From an uncultured bacterium (GTDB taxonomy: Bacteria > Omnitrophota > Omnitrophia > Omnitrophales > Aquincolibacteriaceae): a stretch of 64,000 nucleotides of DNA. Position numbers and translations under genes: made by a program. Below the pieces are notes generated by a model. It saw only the letters and a list, made by a program, of their open reading frames with translations. It was not told the DNA's origin and did no database searches. Below, piece by piece: positions 57,854 to 64,000 of the stretch (its first letter is position 1; every line of letters starts with the position of its first letter). The DNA lies in contig CAYSSX010000003.1 in the NCBI GenBank assembly GCA_964434115.1, positions 268,554-332,553 of the forward strand, in the 5' to 3' direction.

Positions 57854-59581
57854 ATGAAAAAGCGTAAATCTCCATCAAAGGAATCCTCCGTGCCCGTTAA
57901 AGAAGAGAAGCCTAAGTCTAAATCTTCCGCAAAAAAGACCACGCATTTACCCAAACCCAAGAAAATCAAGCCTGGGGCCTTGCCGGCAGCTGCTCAAGCC
58001 AAAGAAAAGCCGGGAGCCGACGCATCGAAAAAAGGCGGAGATTTTTTTAATAAGCTCGTGGCGATCGGGAAAAAGCAGGGGTATCTAACAGAAGAGCAAA
58101 TTGAGCGGGTGCTTCCAGCGGGAACAAACCTTAAAGATGTTATAGCGAATCTTGAGGAAAGCGAAATCGAAGTTTACGGTACTCCGCCTGACCGGGAAAA
58201 AATGTCTCCCGATACCAGCAAAGACGATGAGCTTAAAAAAGAAAAGGCTGAATCCGAAAAGGAATTGATTAATGAGGATTACGGCCGCGTCCGCATGGAT
58301 GACCCTGTCCGCATGTATTTGCGCCAAATGGGGCAGATTCCTCTTCTTACGCGCGAAGAAGAAATTGCTTTGGCAAAGAAAATTGAAGATGCCGAAGAGG
58401 AACTGAAAAAAGCCTTTTACGAAACTAAAGCTGCCCGGCACGATGTGCTGGAACTGTCGAAGAAAATTCTTTCCGATGAAGTCAGCCTTGAATCTATTGT
58501 TGATGAGGATCAAGAGTCTACCAAGATTAATGTCACGAAGCAGAAGCTGAAGAATCTTGTCCGCAGGCTCCAGGGGTCGGCCAAGAGCGCGAATACTCCC
58601 GCCCTTCTTCTTGAGTTCAACCTAAGTATTGCGATCGTAGAGCAATGCATTGCCAACGTTCGGGAGAAACTCAATCGCCTCAAGCTCTTCGGAGAAGACA
58701 TCAAGAAGCTCCGCAAAAAGGCGGCTCGCGGGCAAATTGGAAAAATCGAAGACGAAGTCCGTCAGATCCAAAAAGAACTCGGTGAACCGGAAAAAAGAAT
58801 TCACGAGCATTTCAAGCTTATTACGAAGCGGGAAAGAGAACTTTCAAAAGCTAAGAAAGCCCTTGTCGCTGCAAATCTGCGTCTTGTGGTCAGCATCGCG
58901 AAAAAATACACCAATCGCGGATTGTCTTTTCTTGATTTGATTCAAGAAGGAAATATTGGTTTGATGAAAGCTGTTGATAAGTTTGAGTATAAGCGGGGGT
59001 ACAAGTTTTCTACTTACGCGACCTGGTGGATCCGCCAGGCGATTACTCGTTCTATTGCGGATCAGGCCCGAACGATTCGTATTCCGGTTCACATGATCGA
59101 GACGATCAACAAGTTTTTCCGCGCCTCTCGTCACCTTGTTCAGGAAACGGGCCGGGAACCTACTCCGGAAGAAGTTGCCCGCGTCATGAAGATGCCTGTA
59201 GAGAAGGTTAAAGGGATTTTGAAGATCGCTCAAGAGCCCATCAGCTTGCAGACCCCGATTGGCGATGAGGGGGATACAAGCTTTGGTGATTTTATTGAGG
59301 ATAAGTCGGCTGTTTCACCGGCCAATGCGACCGCGTATACCATGCTTAAAGAGCAGATGGATGATGTTCTGATGACGCTGACTGAACGCGAAGAGAAAGT
59401 CCTTCGGCTTCGCTTTGGTATTGGTGACGGCTATCCCCGGACTCTTGAAGAGGTTGGGCAGATGTTTAATGTAACACGTGAGCGTGTTCGTCAGATTGAA
59501 GCCAAGGCGCTGCGCAAACTCCGCCATCCGACACGTGCCCGCAAGTTGAAAAACTTCCTTGAGATCAAGCTGAGCGACTAA
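57854..59581 (+). CDS. rpoD: RNA polymerase sigma factor RpoD (sigma-70) with a Lys-rich N-terminal extension
   Basis: Region 1.2 '[11 protein letters not shown]'; region 2 '[38 protein letters not shown]'; region 4 '[29 protein letters not shown]'. Follows dnaG, as in the MMS operon. Confidence 0.95.
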   Translation: MKKRKSPSKESSVPVKEEKPKSKSSAKKTTHLPKPKKIKPGALPAAAQAKEKPGADASKKGGDFFNKLVAIGKKQGYLTEEQIERVLPAGTNLKDVIANLEESEIEVYGTPPDREKMSPDTSKDDELKKEKAESEKELINEDYGRVRMDDPVRMYLRQMGQIPLLTREEEIALAKKIEDAEEELKKAFYETKAARHDVLELSKKILSDEVSLESIVDEDQESTKINVTKQKLKNLVRRLQGSAKSANTPALLLEFNLSIAIVEQCIANVREKLNRLKLFGEDIKKLRKKAARGQIGKIEDEVRQIQKELGEPEKRIHEHFKLITKRERELSKAKKALVAANLRLVVSIAKKYTNRGLSFLDLIQEGNIGLMKAVDKFEYKRGYKFSTYATWWIRQAITRSIADQARTIRIPVHMIETINKFFRASRHLVQETGREPTPEEVARVMKMPVEKVKGILKIAQEPISLQTPIGDEGDTSFGDFIEDKSAVSPANATAYTMLKEQMDDVLMTLTEREEKVLRLRFGIGDGYPRTLEEVGQMFNVTRERVRQIEAKALRKLRHPTRARKLKNFLEIKLSD

Positions 59582-59725
59582 AAACTGCGTCCGAAGCATT
59601 TTTTGAAGTTTGTGCTCCTATTGTCTTTCCGCGTTGCAATCCAGCCTGCGAACCTCTAAAATCCGCTCATTCCAGAGCAGATCCCGCACTCGAAATTTGT
59701 TTTAGGAAAGCCATTGAAACCTTTT

Positions 59726-59799
59726 GGGCCCGTAGCTCAGTCGGTTAGAGCAGGCGACTCATAATCGCTTGGTCCCTGGTTCAAGTCCAGGCGGGCCCA
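59726..59799 (+). tRNA. tRNA with CAT anticodon (Met or lysidine-modified Ile2)
   Basis: Cloverleaf: 7-bp acceptor stem gggcccg/cgggccc, D-arm gctc-agtcggtt-agagc, anticodon stem-loop ggcga-ctCATaa-tcgct, T-arm cctgg-ttcaagt-ccagg, discriminator A. CCA is not encoded. A T-run follows. Confidence 0.85.
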
Positions 59800-59846
59800 G
59801 CTTTTTTCTCAAGTTTTGGGACGTGAAGCCGTAACTTTAACACCCT

Positions 59847-59877
59847 GTGCAAAAAGACAATTTTGTATTTTTTGCAC
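59847..59877. repeat. 31-bp near-perfect palindrome (gtgcaaaaagacaa|ttttgtattttttgcac), candidate operator/enhancer
   Basis: Its reverse complement, gtgcaaaaaatacaaaattgtctttttgcac, differs from the forward sequence at 3 positions. Located ~80 nt upstream of a sigma-54-like element and ~115 nt upstream of the porin-like gene. Confidence 0.4.
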
Positions 59878-59927
59878 TTTTATGTTGCCTAAACAGCTTG
59901 ATATCCGTATTTTATGAGGCAGTTACT

Positions 59928-59943
59928 TGGCACGATAGTTGTT
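59928..59943 (+). promoter_or_regulatory. Candidate sigma-54 (-24/-12) promoter element TGGCACG-N4-TTGTT
   Basis: 'TGGCACGatagTTGtT' matches the RpoN consensus TGGCACG-N4-TTGCW except GC to GT at -12. About 50 nt upstream of the ATG at 59992, with an AGGGAGG Shine-Dalgarno in between. Confidence 0.3.
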
Positions 59944-59991
59944 TTTCATGGTTGCAGTATCGTTAATCATCAACTGACGTAGGGAGGAACT

Positions 59992-61281
59992 ATGAAAGAT
60001 TTAGCAACGAAATTTGCAGCATTTGTATGTTGCTTGATTCTTTCGGGCGCCGGTTCTGCAGCTGCAGAAGATATGGCCGCAATGAAAGAAGAAATGGCAA
60101 CGCTTAACCGGCAGATGAGCACCCTTGAGTCCAAGTTCGCCAGTCTCGAAAAGACCGGCTCGATCCCGACTTATGTGGCCACTTCAGCTGGTGAAGAAAA
60201 AAGCGGTATTCTGTCCGATATTAAATTGGATGGATATGCCGATGTGCAGTTTAACCAGAATTTGACTCGCTACGGCAATGCCGTTGCCAATGGAAATACG
60301 GGACGTATTTATGATACGGATCGTGACTCCTTCACAGTCAATGCCGTTGAGCTCGATTTTATCAAGGCAGCTAACCCTGAGGGCGGTGCGGGTTTCCGCG
60401 TCGACGTTCAAATGGGCGAAGATGCCCAGGTCACTAATGGTGACGGTGCAGCTACTGACAAGTTTGACCTCCAGCAGGCCTATATTGAATACAACCAGTC
60501 TCTTGCCTTCCTCGGAGACACGGATATAATTTCGGATGTTATTAACTTCAAAGCCGGACGTTTTGTGACATTAGCCGGAGCTGAAGTCATTGAGGGCCCA
60601 GACAACTGGAACATTTCACGTAGCTATGCCTTTGGTTTGGCGATTCCTTTCACGCACACAGGTGTTCGTTCTAACTTCAAATTGATCAAAGATTTCTTTG
60701 ATGTCTATTTTGGGGTTAACAACGGTTGGGATCTTGCGGTTGATAACAACACGGGAAAAACCTGGGAATTCGGTCTTGGGTATGCCCCGTTTGAAAAACT
60801 CTCGGTATTTCATGCTCTTTACTGGGGAAATGAGCAAATGGGTGCGGACGGTAGCGAAACGGGATCCGCCCGGTTCCTGCTTTCTAACGTTGCCACCTTC
60901 ACTGCCACGGAAAAACTTACCTTTAAGGGTGAGATTAACGTCGGCACCCAGCGCGACACAGGCATTAATGCTGGCATTCATAATGTTGAATGGCACTCTT
61001 ATGCCGCTTATGCGCGTTACCAGATGACGGACAAATGGGCAGCTGCCTATCGTGGTGAGCTTTTCCGCGATGATCAAGGTTTCCGGAGTTCTGGATCTGG
61101 GGCCGCATTTACAACCAACCCTCAGACGTTTTGGGAGAACACATTTACTCTTGAACGGCAGGTTGCAGAAAACTTAATTGCCCGTTTGGAATATCGCATT
61201 GATATTTCCAGAAATAAAGATGCTTTTGGAACCGACAAAGATGAGCAGACGATCGGTGCTCAGCTTCTCTATTTGATCTAA
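59992..61281 (+). CDS. Putative outer-membrane beta-barrel porin with an N-terminal coiled-coil (DcaP-like architecture)
   Basis: Signal peptide 'FAAFVCCLILSGAGSAAA'; coiled-coil 'MAAMKEEMATLNRQMSTLESKFASLEK'; thereafter alternating hydrophobic/polar beta-strand pattern rich in Y/F/W/G/N. Confidence 0.5.
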   Translation: MKDLATKFAAFVCCLILSGAGSAAAEDMAAMKEEMATLNRQMSTLESKFASLEKTGSIPTYVATSAGEEKSGILSDIKLDGYADVQFNQNLTRYGNAVANGNTGRIYDTDRDSFTVNAVELDFIKAANPEGGAGFRVDVQMGEDAQVTNGDGAATDKFDLQQAYIEYNQSLAFLGDTDIISDVINFKAGRFVTLAGAEVIEGPDNWNISRSYAFGLAIPFTHTGVRSNFKLIKDFFDVYFGVNNGWDLAVDNNTGKTWEFGLGYAPFEKLSVFHALYWGNEQMGADGSETGSARFLLSNVATFTATEKLTFKGEINVGTQRDTGINAGIHNVEWHSYAAYARYQMTDKWAAAYRGELFRDDQGFRSSGSGAAFTTNPQTFWENTFTLERQVAENLIARLEYRIDISRNKDAFGTDKDEQTIGAQLLYLI

Positions 61282-61304
61282 GTTTAAAAGCCTCTAAAAG
61301 AGTT

Positions 61305-61342
61305 AAAACCGCCCCGCTCAACCGAGCGGGGCGGTTTTGTCT
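61305..61342 (+). terminator. Rho-independent terminator after the porin-like gene
   Basis: 'aaaaccgccccgctc aacc gagcggggcggtttt' is a perfect GC-rich ~11-bp stem with flanking A/T arms, followed by TTTTGT. Confidence 0.75.
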
Positions 61343-61392
61343 TGACAGTCTTCTGGGCTCTTCATAAACTGTCGCCTCATTAACATAAGCTT

Positions 61393-61782
61393 ATGAAAAA
61401 CAAATCCCAAATCCTCAATTTTTTAATACTTATCCTCCCTGTTTCGATGCTGCTTTCTTCGTGTATGCATCGCTCTCAGAATTTCTATTTCGGAAACTAT
61501 TCAGAAGCTGAGCGCCTTTACGGAAAAGGGCAATATGAGAAGGCTATTGAGAAGTATCAAGCTTACCGGGATGAGAATCCGCAAGGGAACCTTGCGGTCA
61601 TAGCCGAGTATTATATGGCCAAGAGCTATCAAGCCATCGGCAAGAACGAAGAAGCTAAGGTGCACTATCAGGAAATCGTTAAAAGCCACCCTGACCTGGT
61701 ATGGGCTAACTTCTCTGAAACTCAACTTAAAGAGCTTTCCCAAAAGGCAGAGCCGCCTCCTCCAGCGAATCCTGCTGCTTGA
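61393..61782 (+). CDS. Small TPR-like lipoprotein
   Basis: Lipobox 'LLSSCM'; helical repeats 'AERLYGKGQYEKAIEKYQAY...AEYYMAKSYQAIGKNEEAKVHYQEIVKSHP' (TPR/YbgF-like); Pro-rich tail. Confidence 0.45.
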   Translation: MKNKSQILNFLILILPVSMLLSSCMHRSQNFYFGNYSEAERLYGKGQYEKAIEKYQAYRDENPQGNLAVIAEYYMAKSYQAIGKNEEAKVHYQEIVKSHPDLVWANFSETQLKELSQKAEPPPPANPAA

Positions 61783-61816
61783 TCTGCACGCAATCTTCTA
61801 ATACACTTTTTTAGCC

Positions 61817-62188
61817 GGAACTCCGGCGCTTGTGAACTCTCACGGATGACCGCGCATGAGCTTGCTCATGGGAGGAAAGTCCGGGCTTCCTAGAGCGGCG
61901 TAGTGGGTAACACCCATCCGGCCTTCGGGCCGAGGATTAGAGCCACAGAGACGAGTCTAACCTTAGTTAAATCAAGGTTGGGGTGAAACGGGCAATCTCT
62001 ACGCGAAGAAAGGCCAAATAGGGTGAGGTTATGAGGGCGGCTCGCCTTCGTTTCTTTGTAAAGAAGAAACGCTTCACCGGGTAGGCCGCAGGAGGTTTTA
62101 AGCAATTAAAGCCCCAGAGAGATGGTCATCCACCCTTAGGGGTGACAGAACCCGGCTTATAGCGGGGGTTCACAAGTCGCCGGATTCC
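61817..62188 (+). ncRNA. rnpB: RNase P RNA (bacterial type A)
   Basis: Conserved P4 strands 'GGAGGAAAGTCCGGGCT' (5' half) and 'ACAGAACCCGGCTTA' (3' half). 'GGGTGAAACGG'-like loop present. P1 pairing between 5' 'ggaactccggcgcttgtgaac' and 3' 'gttcacaagtcgccggattcc'. Length ~370 nt. Confidence 0.8.
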
Positions 62189-62191
62189 AGC

Positions 62192-62220
62192 TTGACATTG
62201 TCTCCTTGAGCTTGTAAACT
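62192..62220 (+). promoter_or_regulatory. Sigma-70-type promoter (TTGACA-17-TAAACT) for the pyr operon leader
   Basis: 'TTGACA ttgtctccttgagcttg TAAACT' lies immediately 3' of rnpB and ~150 nt upstream of pyrR. Confidence 0.45.
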
Positions 62221-62309
62221 CTCCAAGATTTTGCAGTGATTAATCCTTTTAAATTGATGCTGAGACATCGATAAAGGAAACCCTATGAGAGTAGTATCCG
62301 CAAAGTTAA

Positions 62310-63864
<1,555 letters not shown>

Positions 63865-63868
<4 letters not shown>

Positions 63869-63999
63869 ACCTTTTAATTAAATCGTCCCATATCGTAGAC
63901 CCAGCGACAAAAAAAGACGCTGTTTTGGATGTTCTTATAAAGAACGGAAAGGTTACGAAGATAGCTTCCAGCATTGAAGAAAAGGGTTGTGATGTTATG
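63865..63999 (+). CDS. pyrC: Dihydroorotase-like amidohydrolase, N-terminal 45 codons (continues beyond the window)
   Basis: The ATG overlaps the pyrB stop. '[11 protein letters not shown]...VLIKNGKV' is a typical dihydroorotase/amidohydrolase N-terminal beta-sandwich start. The assignment relies mainly on position after pyrB. Confidence 0.55.
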
Positions 64000-64000
64000 G

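Noticed and set aside
59581-59992. Mobile element or integration site at the tRNA gene
   Set aside because: No integrase, transposase, direct repeat of the tRNA 3' end or foreign-looking genes flank the tRNA-Met. Neighbouring genes are core (rpoD, porin).
61890-62105. 71-aa minus-strand ORF and other small ORFs in 61800-62200
   Set aside because: The region is the RNase P RNA gene (conserved P4 strands and P1 pairing). It is ncRNA, not protein-coding.

Overview
This 64 kb window reads as the chromosome of a diderm (outer-membrane-bearing) bacterium. Gene order is Firmicute-like (yacL-ispDF-gltX-cysS, mcsA-mcsB-clpC, pyrR-pyrB-pyrC, Rrf2-sufBCDSU), but the envelope genes are Gram-negative (lolE/lolD, mlaEFD, a beta-barrel porin candidate, a SurA-like chaperone, type-A RNase P RNA). 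Gene density is high and almost entirely on the + strand, with many start/stop overlaps, GTG/TTG starts and visible Shine-Dalgarno sites.

The first ~11.5 kb is the only accessory-looking region and is the most interesting part. It holds a tightly coupled operon for a type II FAS/PKS-like lipid pathway resembling aryl-polyene (APE) clusters:
- a FabL-type enoyl-ACP reductase (divergently transcribed);
- a SAM methyltransferase;
- a FabZ-like dehydratase;
- an acyl carrier protein with an internal insertion, followed 1 nt later by its own holo-ACP synthase (AcpS);
- a second hot-dog protein lacking the catalytic His;
- a ketosynthase pair in which the first member has lost the catalytic Cys and first His (chain-length-factor-like) and the second is intact;
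- a stand-alone thioester-reductase (fatty acyl reductase family) protein;
- a convergent membrane GT2 glycosyltransferase;
- an MMPL/RND exporter.

The stand-alone thioester reductase together with the GT2 and MMPL exporter is not the canonical APE complement. It suggests reductive release of an aldehyde or alcohol that is then glycosylated and exported.

The rest of the window is housekeeping: lysS, lolE/lolD, ilvE, mcsA-mcsB-clpC, mlaEFD, yacL-ispDF, gltX, cysS, tmk, holB, metG, tatD, a CPBP protease, thiL, tsaE, a large M16 peptidase, a PilZ protein, Rrf2-sufBCDSU-nfu, guaB-like/guaA, dnaE, hup, cspA, rsmE, a MiaB-family methylthiotransferase, cvpA, dnaG, rpoD, tRNA-Met(CAT), a porin-like gene, rnpB, and pyrR-pyrB-pyrC behind an attenuator-like terminator. 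I found no CRISPR array, transposase, integrase or phage gene.
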